Counted from the stretch's first letter, positions 29,287 through 40,624 are shown. The stretch: 64,000 nt of DNA from Synergistaceae bacterium UBA6083 (GCA_002436015.1 DIXJ01000007.1:10256-74255), one strand, 5' to 3'. The notes: a model not told the origin generated them from the sequence alone. A program made the numbers and translations.

Positions 29287-30347
29287 GCGGGACGCTCCCC
29301 ACCTGTGACATCGATGAGCCGCCGGGAAATCTCTGCAGGCGGATGTCCCAATGCCAGTCCCACTGCGAGTATGTTGAGGTTCTGCCATTCCAGGAGCAGG
29401 TGTGAGAGGTAGGAGACAGCGACCTCGAACCCAAGGAGATTCCTGCGGTAAAGGAAAGATTGCCAGCGCCAGAAGGCCGTGTTGAATTCCCCTTGGAGGG
29501 TTCTGGCCGATCCCTCTTCGAGACTTGCTCCCGGGATTTCCCTCATCCAGGGAGTGCCGTCGACAAGGGAACTGATAGTAGAGGAAGTCTCAAGTCGTGT
29601 TGCAGAAAGCCATTTGCCGAATGGAAGAAAGGGAATGGCCTCATTTGTGTTGTTCTCTCTTTCCCGGTGGTTCCTGAACCAGATCCCAATGTTCCAAAGG
29701 TCGACCGATCGCCCCATGACTTCAATGGCCGTGTCGCTGCCCGAACCGCGGATCTTTCCGAAGAGGTCGTTGAGATAGGCAAGAAAAGCCGTCAGAAGTT
29801 GCCGTTCCGCAAAGGGGAGAGATTTGCCTGCTTGTCGTGCTTCCAGGGCTTCCCCCAGTGCGAGGGCAAGAGGGTCCCCGTTGGCCAGGCATTTTTCCCG
29901 GGCATCCAGGACCGAGTTTGCGGTCCAAAGGGCCCCGAAAAAATCCGTCCCGAGTTCGCCATAGGCATGCCAGCTTGGGCTCTTTACGGGATCGCGGCCC
30001 AGGGAAAGCCCGCGTAAAACCAGGCGGCAATTATGGAGGTCTGATCGGGTTGTCACGACCTTCATCAGTTCTCGGGGTTCTCCCTGGGCCAGGGAGACCG
30101 TCGAGCGGATCCGTTCCGCCACCCCGAGAGAAACTGCCATCTCGATACGAGCGAGAGGAGAGGTTTCCAGGGATACAAGGTGGGCGCGATAGCTCTCGGC
30201 ATAGGTTGAATCGAGAAGAAAAAGCTCCAGTTCCCGGATCGTTCCGGCCGAAAGCCGGCTAAGGTCACGAGGCTGGATAAATGAAGTCAACCTGGCCCGA
30301 AGCCGGGCGTTAAGATAGCCGTAATTCTGTGAGAGGTTCCTGGACAT
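29283..30347 (-). CDS. atpC: V/A-type ATP synthase subunit C (d-type)
   Basis: 354-aa helical protein: YGYLNARLRARLTSF. Position between E and F. Confidence 0.85.
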   Translation of the reverse strand: MSRNLSQNYGYLNARLRARLTSFIQPRDLSRLSAGTIRELELFLLDSTYAESYRAHLVSLETSPLARIEMAVSLGVAERIRSTVSLAQGEPRELMKVVTTRSDLHNCRLVLRGLSLGRDPVKSPSWHAYGELGTDFFGALWTANSVLDAREKCLANGDPLALALGEALEARQAGKSLPFAERQLLTAFLAYLNDLFGKIRGSGSDTAIEVMGRSVDLWNIGIWFRNHRERENNTNEAIPFLPFGKWLSATRLETSSTISSLVDGTPWMREIPGASLEEGSARTLQGEFNTAFWRWQSFLYRRNLLGFEVAVSYLSHLLLEWQNLNILAVGLALGHPPAEISRRLIDVTGGERPA

Positions 30348-30966
30348 CGCTAACGAGACCAGCCAACCGCCCGGAAAGGTTTTCCACCATCATCGGCTTC
30401 AACCTCTCCCAGCGAGTTCGCAGGGAGTTGTCGACCAGATGCGTGCCGCATTCCGCGTCCAGTGCCATGACGCCTCCCATTTCCAAATCGGCGGTTTCCT
30501 CGATCCGGGCAATCCGTGGATCTTCCTCGAGAAGAACGGCCTCCCCCTCGCATACACGAAGGATTGCTTTCGGGGCTCCGAGGGCGTCCAGGGCCTCCCG
30601 GGCCAAATCATTAAGGACAGGCCCATAAGTTTCCCGGTTTGAGCGGAGGGATGTGACCCGTTCCACGACACGTTCTTCCAGCCGGTCAGTTATCTCGCTT
30701 ATGGTGTTGAGGACGCGGGTACGCAATTCCCGGAAGGCTGATTGCCTGGCCAGCGCGAGTTCTTTCTCGAACTCGACCGCCTGCTTTTCGCGAATACGCT
30801 GGACCTTTGTCTCGACCTCTATCCTCCGGGTGGCGATGAGCGCGGAAAAATCCTTCTCGAAACGCTCTTTCAGCGCTTCGAGCTTTCTGCCGTATTCGTC
30901 CTGAAGAGCGCGCTTGAAGGACTCGAGCGCCTCCCTTTCATCCCCGGCGAGATTACGGAAACCCAT
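30310..30966 (-). CDS. atpE: V/A-type ATP synthase subunit E (peripheral stalk)
   Basis: 218 aa with a long charged N-terminal helix and a globular C-terminus. Position between K and C. Confidence 0.8.
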   Translation of the reverse strand: MGFRNLAGDEREALESFKRALQDEYGRKLEALKERFEKDFSALIATRRIEVETKVQRIREKQAVEFEKELALARQSAFRELRTRVLNTISEITDRLEERVVERVTSLRSNRETYGPVLNDLAREALDALGAPKAILRVCEGEAVLLEEDPRIARIEETADLEMGGVMALDAECGTHLVDNSLRTRWERLKPMMVENLSGRLAGLVSDVQEPLTELRLS

Positions 30967-30979
30967 GGAAGTGACAGTT

Positions 30980-31198
30980 TCAGGCGAGTTGGAGAATCAT
31001 CATGATCGCGACGACGAAACCGAGAATGACAATCGTCTCAGGAATCGCCTCCATGATGATCATCGTTCCGGAGGTTTCCGGTTTTTCCGCCACCGTACCG
31101 GCGCCTGCCGAGCCAATCTTGGCCTGGGCGTAGGCTGTTGCCATGGCGGGGATTCCGATTGCGAGAGAAGCGGCAAGGGCTAACAGGGCTTTTTCCAA
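30980..31198 (-). CDS. atpK: V/A-type ATP synthase proteolipid subunit K (c-ring), single-hairpin form
   Basis: 72 aa with two hydrophobic helices. Helix 2 carries IPETIVILGF with the conserved carboxylate. Confidence 0.88.
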   Translation of the reverse strand: MEKALLALAASLAIGIPAMATAYAQAKIGSAGAGTVAEKPETSGTMIIMEAIPETIVILGFVVAIMMILQLA

Positions 31199-33093
31199 GA
31201 GAATCTCCTCCTCGAGAAGGGGCGGAATTCCTTACCGCCTCCTTGATAGAACTTGCTGAAAAATTCGACGTAATGCAGACGGGCGGAATGCAGCCCGGAT
31301 CCACCGATCGCAAGGACAAAATTCAGGATGTGGATGATGAGGGCCATCAGGATACCGAGAAAGGATAAGCCGAGGACGTCGACGAAGCGGGTTGCCACGA
31401 TCGCGAGGATTGCCGATGAAAGACCGATGGCTGCGATTCGGACATAACTCAGTACATTGCCGAGTGCGCTGAAGGTTTCGATGACCCCCCCGAGTTTCCC
31501 TCCCGCCAGCAAGAGGGCGGTTCCGATGACGAGAAAGCTGATATTGAGGGAGAAAAAAGGCCTCGGCATGTTGAGGCGCACGATTAAAAGAAGCCCGACG
31601 AGGGAAAGCAGGACGATCAGGGAACCAAGGCGCTCCATCCAGAGGTGTCGGTGTTTTTTGCGCACTCCTTCCAGGAATCCGAGGAAAAGCCCGATAGAAA
31701 CATGAGCGACTCCGAGGGCGATGGAGAAGATCAATACCGGAAGGACCGCATGCGAGCGTTCGACCCATAACGGTTCCATGTGAAAAAGACGGTGTCCGAG
31801 ATCACCGAAAAACTCTCCAAAGGTGATCCCCCAGGCAATGCTCCAGCCGCAAACCCAAATCAGGATCTTGCCAACGGGTGGCAGGAGCGAGTGGCTTTTA
31901 TTCCGTGAAAGCCAAAGCCCGAGAAGTCCGATAAGGATACCGTAACCGGCGTCTCCGACCATGCAGCCGGAGAAAAAGGGAAAGAAGATGGCCACGAGGG
32001 TTGTCGGGTCCACGCCCTTGTAAAGGGGATGAGGCATCAGCTTCAGGAGGATTTCAAACGGGCGGGTCGCAGCAGGGTTGCACAGAAGCGCAGGGACGCG
32101 ATGCCACTCTTCGGAGGACGGATACCGCCACTGGATAAGGATCGCATCACCGAAACGGGTTTTCAGCAAGTTGACGAGAGCTTCGAGGGAATCGGCCGGA
32201 ATCCATCCTTCAATTAAAAAAGTTTCGCCCCGTGTCAGGCTTCTTGATTCCACCAGGGTCTCCTCAAGTTTTTCATCGAGGAGAATGTAAAGCGAAGCTA
32301 ACCGGGGTCCCCAATCGTCCCTGGCCCTGGAGATTTCGTCCGAGAGTGCCTCCAGGCGGTTTCCCGTTTCTTTAAGCCCTTCTTCAACGGCGAAAAGCGT
32401 TTCACGCGTCCTGTTGCGGTGAAATCCTTCCGGGGCCTTCCAGGGCACGGTCCCCTGGAGCCGCATGAGTTCCTCGACGTCCGCCGCAAAGGCGCTTTCC
32501 ACGCTGAGTGCGAGGACCGCTTGTCCCTTGTCCGTGTTTAGAAGGTGAAATCGCAGGGCATCTCGCGATTCGGTGTCCTCTGATGATTTCTTCTGTATCC
32601 TGCCCCTGACGGCGGACAGGGTTTTCTGGATGACAGAGTCCTTCACCCACCAGAGGGTCAGGTTCCTATCCGAAGAGTCTTCCGAGGAGACGAAGGGAAT
32701 AAAGTGGAAAACAACCTGATGGGCTTTTTTCAGGTCGGCCAGGGAAACCGCAAGGCGGCGTTTTTCTTCAAGGAGCGCGGCAAGCCGCTGGCGAAAGGAA
32801 TCCAGGCTCCTGTCGATTTCGCCGACGACTCCCTCAATTCCGAGGTCAACCCGCTCTCTTGCCGCATCGAGAGATTCATCGGTGAGAGAGGGCCAGTCTT
32901 TCCACTCCAAACCCTCAAGCATGCCTAGGACTTTAGCCCGGGTGAATTTCAGGACCTCTTCTTCTTCGGACGGGGGGGTCGGTTCCACCGGATTGACGAC
33001 GTGAAGGAGCCCAAAATCGTGCAGGGTTTCTACGACCTCGGATCTCTTTGGGGTCAAACCCCACACGGCAAGCCTCAGCATTTCACGTATCAA
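31180..33093 (-). CDS. atpI: V/A-type ATP synthase subunit I (a-type stator)
   Basis: Cytoplasmic N-terminal half plus a polytopic C-terminal half (SYVRIAAIGLSSAILA arginine helix). The start is ambiguous: TTG at 33093 (TTGA overlap with the upstream stop, GGAGG upstream), ATG at 33081 (MLRLAVWG), or ATG at 33129. Confidence 0.9.
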   Translation of the reverse strand: MIREMLRLAVWGLTPKRSEVVETLHDFGLLHVVNPVEPTPPSEEEEVLKFTRAKVLGMLEGLEWKDWPSLTDESLDAARERVDLGIEGVVGEIDRSLDSFRQRLAALLEEKRRLAVSLADLKKAHQVVFHFIPFVSSEDSSDRNLTLWWVKDSVIQKTLSAVRGRIQKKSSEDTESRDALRFHLLNTDKGQAVLALSVESAFAADVEELMRLQGTVPWKAPEGFHRNRTRETLFAVEEGLKETGNRLEALSDEISRARDDWGPRLASLYILLDEKLEETLVESRSLTRGETFLIEGWIPADSLEALVNLLKTRFGDAILIQWRYPSSEEWHRVPALLCNPAATRPFEILLKLMPHPLYKGVDPTTLVAIFFPFFSGCMVGDAGYGILIGLLGLWLSRNKSHSLLPPVGKILIWVCGWSIAWGITFGEFFGDLGHRLFHMEPLWVERSHAVLPVLIFSIALGVAHVSIGLFLGFLEGVRKKHRHLWMERLGSLIVLLSLVGLLLIVRLNMPRPFFSLNISFLVIGTALLLAGGKLGGVIETFSALGNVLSYVRIAAIGLSSAILAIVATRFVDVLGLSFLGILMALIIHILNFVLAIGGSGLHSARLHYVEFFSKFYQGGGKEFRPFSRRRFSWKKPC

Positions 33094-33461
33094 CGGGGCG
33101 CCCCCTCCCCAACCCGGCTGGTGGGGCAAAGAAGGTCAATGCTTTCCAGGGTCAGATCTTCAAGGATGGCTTCCCTGTTGAATCCGGAAAGGAAGGTTTG
33201 GAAACGGCGGTCGAGGACCTCCTGCACCGATCCCATGACCCGGTCTCGGTGCGCTTTCATGGTTTTCTGCTCTCCATGGGCCTGTAACAAGGTGTTGGTT
33301 TCCATTTTGTCGAGACGCTCGACAACCTCGTCCCGGCGAGCCTCAAGTTTCGATTCCTCCTGCAAAAAAGAGGCCTCCAGTTCCCTCCTGTAGGCCTCTA
33401 TCTCAGATTCCGCAGGCCAGGTCTTCGCCGGCTTGCCTTTCTTTTCACTCGTTTCCGCCAT
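33090..33461 (-). CDS. Putative V/A-ATPase peripheral-stalk subunit (G/H-like coiled-coil protein)
   Basis: 123-aa, highly charged helical protein (EIEAYRRELEASFLQEESKLEARRDEVVERL) occupying the first position of the operon, as subunit G does in Thermus-type operons. Assignment is by position and composition only. Confidence 0.45.
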   Translation of the reverse strand: MAETSEKKGKPAKTWPAESEIEAYRRELEASFLQEESKLEARRDEVVERLDKMETNTLLQAHGEQKTMKAHRDRVMGSVQEVLDRRFQTFLSGFNREAILEDLTLESIDLLCPTSRVGEGAPR

Positions 33462-33912
33462 GGGTTCGTTTCTCCATCATGTGTTCAAAAAATGCTCCCC
33501 TGTCTATGATTCCGACAAGCCTTCCGTTTTCAACGACAGGCAGGCGCTTGATCCTTTTTCGGATCATCATGTCGGCCACGGTCACAAGGCTTGCCGTTGG
33601 TTCCACGTAACATGGGTGGGTGTTCATGAGTTCTCCCACGATGCGGTTTGCGACAGAAGCAAGTCGCTCCACAAGGCTGCCCTCTGAACTGTCGAGAAAG
33701 GAACTTTGGGCCAAAAATTCAAGGTAGGTCGGAAATGCAGCCTGAAGGATATCGGTTTCCGAGAGGAACCCGACCAGGACCCAATCATCCTTTACGACCG
33801 GCAACCCTGTCAGTCTCTGGTTGTAGAGGACGTGAAGCGCTTCTTCTACGCGGTCCTTCTCGGCCACAGCAGTAAGATCCTTATGCATGATCTCATGGGC
33901 CTGGGAGTTCAT
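33445..33912 (-). CDS. CBS-domain pair protein
   Basis: 155 aa with two CBS repeats (LTGLPVVKDDWVLVGFLSETDIL; IKRLPVVENGRLVGIIDRGAF). Its 3' end overlaps the first V-ATPase gene. Confidence 0.85.
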   Translation of the reverse strand: MNSQAHEIMHKDLTAVAEKDRVEEALHVLYNQRLTGLPVVKDDWVLVGFLSETDILQAAFPTYLEFLAQSSFLDSSEGSLVERLASVANRIVGELMNTHPCYVEPTASLVTVADMMIRKRIKRLPVVENGRLVGIIDRGAFFEHMMEKRTHGGNE

Positions 33913-35651
33913 GCTTCATCTCCGCCGTTCCATCGATCAACGCCGCAACGCTTCATCAGGACCAGCATTGCGAAGAGAGCAAGCCCAAGGTCTTTCCTGA
34001 AACGGGTCCTGGGTTCCTGGCAAAGCCGAAAAAGCCACTCCAGTCCCATCTTCTGCATGGTGGCCGGAGCCCTCCTCAGCCTGCCCGAGAGGACGTCGAA
34101 GCTTCCTCCCACCCCCATGGCGACCACGTGCCCAAGCGTAGGCAGGTTCCTGCGAATAAACATTTCCTGGTGCGGCACTCCCAATCCCACAAAGAGGATT
34201 CGCGTTCCTGCCGTGCGAATCATCCTGCAGACAGCTTCTTCCTCATCCCTTCGGAAATATCCGTGATGGATTCCAGCCAGGACCATTCCGGGATACTTGG
34301 CAGAGAGATTTTCCGCCGCAGCCTTTGCAACGCCTTCTTTTGCACCGAGGAAAAAGACCGGGCACTTTTCCGACGCGGAAAGCCTGCAGAGCTGTTCCAT
34401 GAATTCCACCCCGGGTATCCGCTGTTGAACGGGTGTCCCCAGCATCTTAAGGGCCTGGATGAGTCCCATCCCGTCCGGCAGGACGAGGTCGGCTTCGCGT
34501 GCTACGGAACTGTAGGCCTTGTCGTAACGGCTCCTGAGAGCAGCTAGTGCGTCCGGAGTTACGATGACATAACCCCGATTCCCGAACGAGACCCACGATT
34601 TGACTTTTGACAGGGCAAAATTAAGGGAGACGTTGTCCAGCCGGATTCCCCAAAGGGAAGGGTTTCTCTCGCTCTCCCGGCTCGCTGGCGCGATGATTCT
34701 CCTGAGGACCGGAAACCCGAGGAAAGCAACCGCACCCGTGGTCGTAGCGGCAGCGGCGAAATAAAGGTCCATCTGGGCCAGGGCGATCGCCAGGGCCAGG
34801 GATGAGCATATCCCTGCAACGAAACGGACGGCCGTCGGATGGTCCAGCCCTCTGTCGACGAGCTTGCGGTAGAGGGACACGTCGGGTTGCGGGCGGTTTG
34901 CGACCGCTCGGCTGACGATTTGCAGGGAAAATTCCATAATTGGAAGAGCAAAAAGTCCTATTGGAAGAACCATGAGGGTTGTGAAGGCAACCCCCTTGCT
35001 GACGCCGATAGCCGATGCACCCGCTGCAAGCATTCCCCACATCGCTGCCAGAGGTTCCCCCAACCTCCGGTAGACCTGTCCGTGGCGGCTCCAGAAGATA
35101 ACAAGGAATAAAAGAGCGCCCGTCCCGAGGTAGAAAGATTCGGAAAAGGCACGGGTAGCCGGGAAACTCACCAGGAGGATGAGGCTCCAGCAGGTCGCAA
35201 GAAGATATCCAGCCAAGCCCGGTACCTGGTCAAGTTCCTGCATGAGAAGCGGGAAAAGGCCCATCCACAAGGCGGTCACGATTACGGAAACCAGGGGTGA
35301 AAGGTAGAGGTATCTTCCCTCGGGGAGGCCGATGAAGAATATCCGGGGCCCAAATAGGGCGATTACAGCCCCAAGAACCAGGTAGGCCCATCGCAAGTCC
35401 CGATTGCGGTAGGTGCGCTGGCAGAGCCCGATAATGCATGCGCCGCAACCTGCCGCAACGATCAGGCGGATAGTGGAACTTTCCGACACGAGGCCAAAAA
35501 CCAGCCAGCATGCCACGAAGAGGATGTCCTTCATATAATCGTACTGGTCCCGCTCGAGGAAACGGCGCAAAAGGCGCTGGAATGCCACGCACACGATTCC
35601 GATCAGGCCGACCTGGTAAAGGATGTCCCATTGGACCACGATCGGCGACAT
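33909..35651 (-). CDS. Fusion protein: N-terminal polytopic membrane domain + C-terminal WecB/TagA/CpsF-family (GT26) glycosyltransferase
   Basis: The C-terminal ~250 aa read VTPDALAALRS...DLVLPDGMGL...FFLGAKEGVA...RILFVGLGVPHQEMF...VAMGVGGSFDVLSG...AP...GLEWLFRL, typical of WecG/TagA. The N-terminal ~300 aa form about 9 hydrophobic helices. Confidence 0.8.
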   Translation of the reverse strand: MSPIVVQWDILYQVGLIGIVCVAFQRLLRRFLERDQYDYMKDILFVACWLVFGLVSESSTIRLIVAAGCGACIIGLCQRTYRNRDLRWAYLVLGAVIALFGPRIFFIGLPEGRYLYLSPLVSVIVTALWMGLFPLLMQELDQVPGLAGYLLATCWSLILLVSFPATRAFSESFYLGTGALLFLVIFWSRHGQVYRRLGEPLAAMWGMLAAGASAIGVSKGVAFTTLMVLPIGLFALPIMEFSLQIVSRAVANRPQPDVSLYRKLVDRGLDHPTAVRFVAGICSSLALAIALAQMDLYFAAAATTTGAVAFLGFPVLRRIIAPASRESERNPSLWGIRLDNVSLNFALSKVKSWVSFGNRGYVIVTPDALAALRSRYDKAYSSVAREADLVLPDGMGLIQALKMLGTPVQQRIPGVEFMEQLCRLSASEKCPVFFLGAKEGVAKAAAENLSAKYPGMVLAGIHHGYFRRDEEEAVCRMIRTAGTRILFVGLGVPHQEMFIRRNLPTLGHVVAMGVGGSFDVLSGRLRRAPATMQKMGLEWLFRLCQEPRTRFRKDLGLALFAMLVLMKRCGVDRWNGGDEA

Positions 35652-35788
35652 GGATATCCCCCTTCACGGCGCAAGAAATGAGGCCCTTTGGAGGGCCGAA
35701 ATACACGATTATTCTATCACAACAGGGGCAAAATGTAGTGAAAATCAGCGGGCCCCCTATCGTCCTAAGCGGAGGAGGCCCGTGTTGT

Positions 35789-37063
<1,275 letters not shown>

Positions 37064-37543
37064 TCAGGCCTCCCCCATACGCCTGACTTCTCTTAGGAGA
37101 TCCGCCATTTCCAAGGCCGCAAGGGCCGCATCCGCTCCCTTGTTGCCAGCCTTGCTGCCGGCCCGCAGAAGGGCCTGCTCGAGGTTATCGGTGGTCAGGA
37201 CTCCGAAGGCAACGGGGATCCTCTGGTCCAGGGAGATGACGGCCAGTCCCTTGGATACCTCTCCTGCCACGTAGTCGAAATGGGGGGTATCTCCCCTAAT
37301 GACGGCCCCAAGGGCAACGATGGCGTCATAGCGGCCGCCAAGTGCGATTTCCTTTACAGCAAGAGGTGCCTCCCAGGCTCCCGGGACCCAGAACACGTCG
37401 ATGTCCTGTGCCTTGACACCATGCCTGACAAGGGCATCCTTTGCTCCTTCCAGGAGTTTCCCGGAAATGAGTTCGTTGAAGCGGGAGATGACGAGCGCAA
37501 AGCGAAGGCCCGACCCGATCAGTTTTCCCTGAAACGTCTGCAT
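37064..37543 (-). CDS. ribH: 6,7-dimethyl-8-ribityllumazine synthase
   Basis: 159 aa: [13 protein letters not shown]...VPGAWEAPL...[14 protein letters not shown]. Confidence 0.95.
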   Translation of the reverse strand: MQTFQGKLIGSGLRFALVISRFNELISGKLLEGAKDALVRHGVKAQDIDVFWVPGAWEAPLAVKEIALGGRYDAIVALGAVIRGDTPHFDYVAGEVSKGLAVISLDQRIPVAFGVLTTDNLEQALLRAGSKAGNKGADAALAALEMADLLREVRRMGEA

Positions 37544-37575
37544 GATTTTTCCCTCTCCCTTCTTGGGGCAGTCAG

Positions 37576-38835
37576 TTATTCCGCGGCTGATTCCGCGGGG
37601 GGTTCTTCCAGATGCAGGAGATGTCCCATTTTTTCCTGTTTGGCATGGAGGTAGAAGGCGTTGAAGGGGTTTGCCTCCACTTCAAGCGGAACCCTTTCGT
37701 TTATTTTCAGCCCATAACCCTGGAGCCCAACAATTTTCCTGGGATTGTTGGTTAGGATGCGGATGCTTTTGAGTCCAAGGTCAGAAAGGATCTGGGCGCC
37801 CACCCCGTAGTCCCTAAGGTCCGGATCGTAGCCGAGAGCCACGTTCGCCTCCACGGTGTCGAGTCCTTTTTCCTGGAGTTCGTAGGCCTTGAGCTTGTGA
37901 AATAGGCCGATTCCCCGGCCTTCCTGGCGCATGTAGAGGATGACGCCCCTGCCCTCCCGGTGCACCATTTCCATCGCCTCGTGGAGTTGCGGCCCGCAGT
38001 CGCAACGTAGCGATCCCAGAACATCCCCTGTAAAGCATTCCGAATGGACTCGCACCAGGACGCCTTCCTGTCCCATGACATCGCCCATGACGAGGGCGAT
38101 GTGCAGCATATCCTCGTTCTCGTCAAGAACAAAGTGGTAGGCATGGGCAACAAATTCGCCGTGAACAGTTGGGAGGCTTACGCTGGCAACTCTTTCTACG
38201 AGCTTGTCGCGCATATGCCGGTAGCGGATGAGATCTTCGATCGATGCGATGCGAAGATTGTGCCGGTCGGCGAATTCGAGCAGCTGTGGCAAGCGGGCCA
38301 TTGACCCGTCGTTGTTCATGATCTCGCAGATGGCTCCGGCGGGATTCAGCCCTGCCATACGGGCCATGTCGACAGCGGCTTCGGTGTGCCCTGCTCGCTT
38401 CAGGACTCCCCCCTTCTTCGCAGCGAGAGGGAAAATATGTCCGGGACGTCTCAGGTCTTCCGGCCTGGATCCCGGGTTCGCGAGCACGCGGGCAGTCCGG
38501 GCCCGTTCCGCGGCACTGATCCCGGTCGTCGTGCCTTCCGTGGCGTCGACGCTGACGGTAAAGGCGGTTCCGTGGGGATCTGAGCTTTCTTTCACCATCT
38601 GGTCGAGTTTCAGGCGACGGGCCTGGTCGATTGTGACGGGTACGCAGAGAAGGCCGCGAGCGTGTGTCACCATGAAGTTGATATCCTCCGGCCGGGCAAG
38701 CTCAGCGGCCATGACGAGGTCTCCTTCATTTTCGCGATCTTCGTCGTCCACGACGATGACCATTTTCCCGAGCCGGATATCCTCGATGGCATCCTCGATG
38801 GGGTGAAATACGCGTCCTTCAGGTTTGCAGATCAC
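37576..38835 (-). CDS. ribBA: Bifunctional 3,4-dihydroxy-2-butanone-4-phosphate synthase / GTP cyclohydrolase II
   Basis: 419 aa: [12 protein letters not shown] (RibB) and [24 protein letters not shown] (RibA). Confidence 0.96.
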   Translation of the reverse strand: MICKPEGRVFHPIEDAIEDIRLGKMVIVVDDEDRENEGDLVMAAELARPEDINFMVTHARGLLCVPVTIDQARRLKLDQMVKESSDPHGTAFTVSVDATEGTTTGISAAERARTARVLANPGSRPEDLRRPGHIFPLAAKKGGVLKRAGHTEAAVDMARMAGLNPAGAICEIMNNDGSMARLPQLLEFADRHNLRIASIEDLIRYRHMRDKLVERVASVSLPTVHGEFVAHAYHFVLDENEDMLHIALVMGDVMGQEGVLVRVHSECFTGDVLGSLRCDCGPQLHEAMEMVHREGRGVILYMRQEGRGIGLFHKLKAYELQEKGLDTVEANVALGYDPDLRDYGVGAQILSDLGLKSIRILTNNPRKIVGLQGYGLKINERVPLEVEANPFNAFYLHAKQEKMGHLLHLEEPPAESAAE

Positions 38836-38861
38836 GGAGAAATCCTCCTCGCTAACGCAAC

Positions 38862-39530
38862 TTAGACCCAGCCACCTTGCTGGAGGGTCTCCCAGGTGAT
38901 CCCTTCTTTGGGGGCCATTTCCTTTCGGGTACCCTCGCCGGCGGACAGGAATCGCCTAACGTATTTGGCAATAAGATCGGTTTCCAGGTTCACGGTTTCT
39001 TTTTCGACCAAGGTCCCGAGCGTTGTTTGACGCAGGGTCTCGGGGATCAAACCAACGGAGAAATGACCTCCTGCAGGCTCTGAGTCGATAACGGTAAGGC
39101 TGACGCCGTCGAGGGCGACGGACCCTTTGGGGACGATCAGGAGGACAAGCTCGCTTTCGGCGGTAAAGCTCAAGCGCCGCGTCCTTCCTCGTCCTTCCAC
39201 TGCGTCCAGGGAACAAAGCCCGTCAATATGCCCCGTCACGAGATGGCCGTCTAGGCGATCTCCAAGGGCCAGTGCCCTTTCCAGGTTCACGGGGGTCCCC
39301 GGCTTAAGCCTTCCCAGTTTTGTCTTCGTGAGGGTCTCCTCCATGATTTCGGCGGAGAAACTGTCCCTGCCCAGGTCGACGACCGTGAGGCAGGCTCCCA
39401 TGACCGCTACGGACTGGCCCCTCGAGAGCGAAGGGGAAATCCTAGGCGCCCGGATTTCCAGCGTCGTTACATCGGTTCCCGGAACCAGCTTAAGGACGGT
39501 TCCGATTTCTTCTACAAGGCCGGTGAACAT
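38862..39530 (-). CDS. ribE: Riboflavin synthase (alpha chain)
   Basis: [10 protein letters not shown] start at 39530, with the duplicated lumazine-binding repeat (GDSVA-type: [13 protein letters not shown] / [12 protein letters not shown]). Confidence 0.93.
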   Translation of the reverse strand: MFTGLVEEIGTVLKLVPGTDVTTLEIRAPRISPSLSRGQSVAVMGACLTVVDLGRDSFSAEIMEETLTKTKLGRLKPGTPVNLERALALGDRLDGHLVTGHIDGLCSLDAVEGRGRTRRLSFTAESELVLLIVPKGSVALDGVSLTVIDSEPAGGHFSVGLIPETLRQTTLGTLVEKETVNLETDLIAKYVRRFLSAGEGTRKEMAPKEGITWETLQQGGWV

Positions 39531-40624
39531 TTGGGGTTGACCTCCAGCCATAGATCGCCTTCGACTTGCTTTATTCTAGCAGGCGAGAGGGCGATCGCCT
39601 CACCCATATGGTCAAGTGAAAGCTCTCCGGCCAGTTGAAGTCCGCGGCCCAGGAAAACCGGTGCGACGAAAAGGGAGTACTCGTCAACCATTCGTGCCTT
39701 GGTAAAGGCGCTGATCACTGAACTTCCCCCTTCGACGAGCAGCATGGAAATTCCTTCCGAGGCGAGCGACGAGAGAATCCGTTCGATCGAGGGACGTCCC
39801 GTCGCTTCGTCCATCGCGAGCCTCAGTATCTTGGCTCCGCGTCTTTCCAGCGCAGAGGCTCTTTCCTCAGGCGCCTCTTCGCCGGCCAGGAAAAGACATT
39901 TCCCATCCCCGACAACCTTGGCGTCGGCGGGCGTGCGAAGCTGGCTGTCGAGGACGACTCTCAGCGGGGATTTTCCTTCAACGAGGCGAACGGTCAATTC
40001 CGGGTCGTCCGCCAGGACCGTTCCGACCCCCACAAGGACCGCGTCGTGTTCCGACCGGAGGAGATGCGCCTTGCTCCTTGAAAGGGGTCCGCTGATCCAC
40101 TTGCTCTCGCCCCCCGCAAGGGCGATATCGCCGTCAAGGCTCATCGCGGCTTTCACCGTGACCCATGGACGCCCCAGCGTCATGGTCCTGATGAAACCCC
40201 GGTTGAGCCATTTACATTCACTTTCCAGAACCCCTGTCATGGTCTGTATTCCTGCTTCTTCCAGGCAGTGCAGTCCGGTCCCGTCGACTCGCGGATTGGG
40301 GTCTCTCATTCCTGACACGACCCGGGCGACCCTTGCTGCGGCAAGCTGCGGCGCGCAAGGAGGCGTCTTGCCGAAATGGGAGCAAGGTTCAAGGTTGACG
40401 TAGGCTGTTGCCCCGGCGGCGAGGTCACCCGCCATCCGAAGGGCTTCCACCTCGGCATGGGGTCCTCCGTACCGGCGGTGATACCCCCATCCGACGATCG
40501 CGCGGTCTTTCACCAGGACACAGCCAACCCGCGGATTAGGGCTTACGCAACCCGTTCCCCTTTCGGCCAGGCTGATGGCCATCCGCATGTAATGTTCGTG
40601 AGTTGTCCTGTCCGTTTCCTTCAT
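39512..40624 (-). CDS. ribD: Bifunctional riboflavin biosynthesis deaminase/reductase RibD
   Basis: 370 aa. HAEVEAL...PCSHFGKTPPC deaminase zinc motif plus a C-terminal reductase domain. ATGA overlap with the uvrC stop. Confidence 0.95.
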   Translation of the reverse strand: MKETDRTTHEHYMRMAISLAERGTGCVSPNPRVGCVLVKDRAIVGWGYHRRYGGPHAEVEALRMAGDLAAGATAYVNLEPCSHFGKTPPCAPQLAAARVARVVSGMRDPNPRVDGTGLHCLEEAGIQTMTGVLESECKWLNRGFIRTMTLGRPWVTVKAAMSLDGDIALAGGESKWISGPLSRSKAHLLRSEHDAVLVGVGTVLADDPELTVRLVEGKSPLRVVLDSQLRTPADAKVVGDGKCLFLAGEEAPEERASALERRGAKILRLAMDEATGRPSIERILSSLASEGISMLLVEGGSSVISAFTKARMVDEYSLFVAPVFLGRGLQLAGELSLDHMGEAIALSPARIKQVEGDLWLEVNPKCSPAL

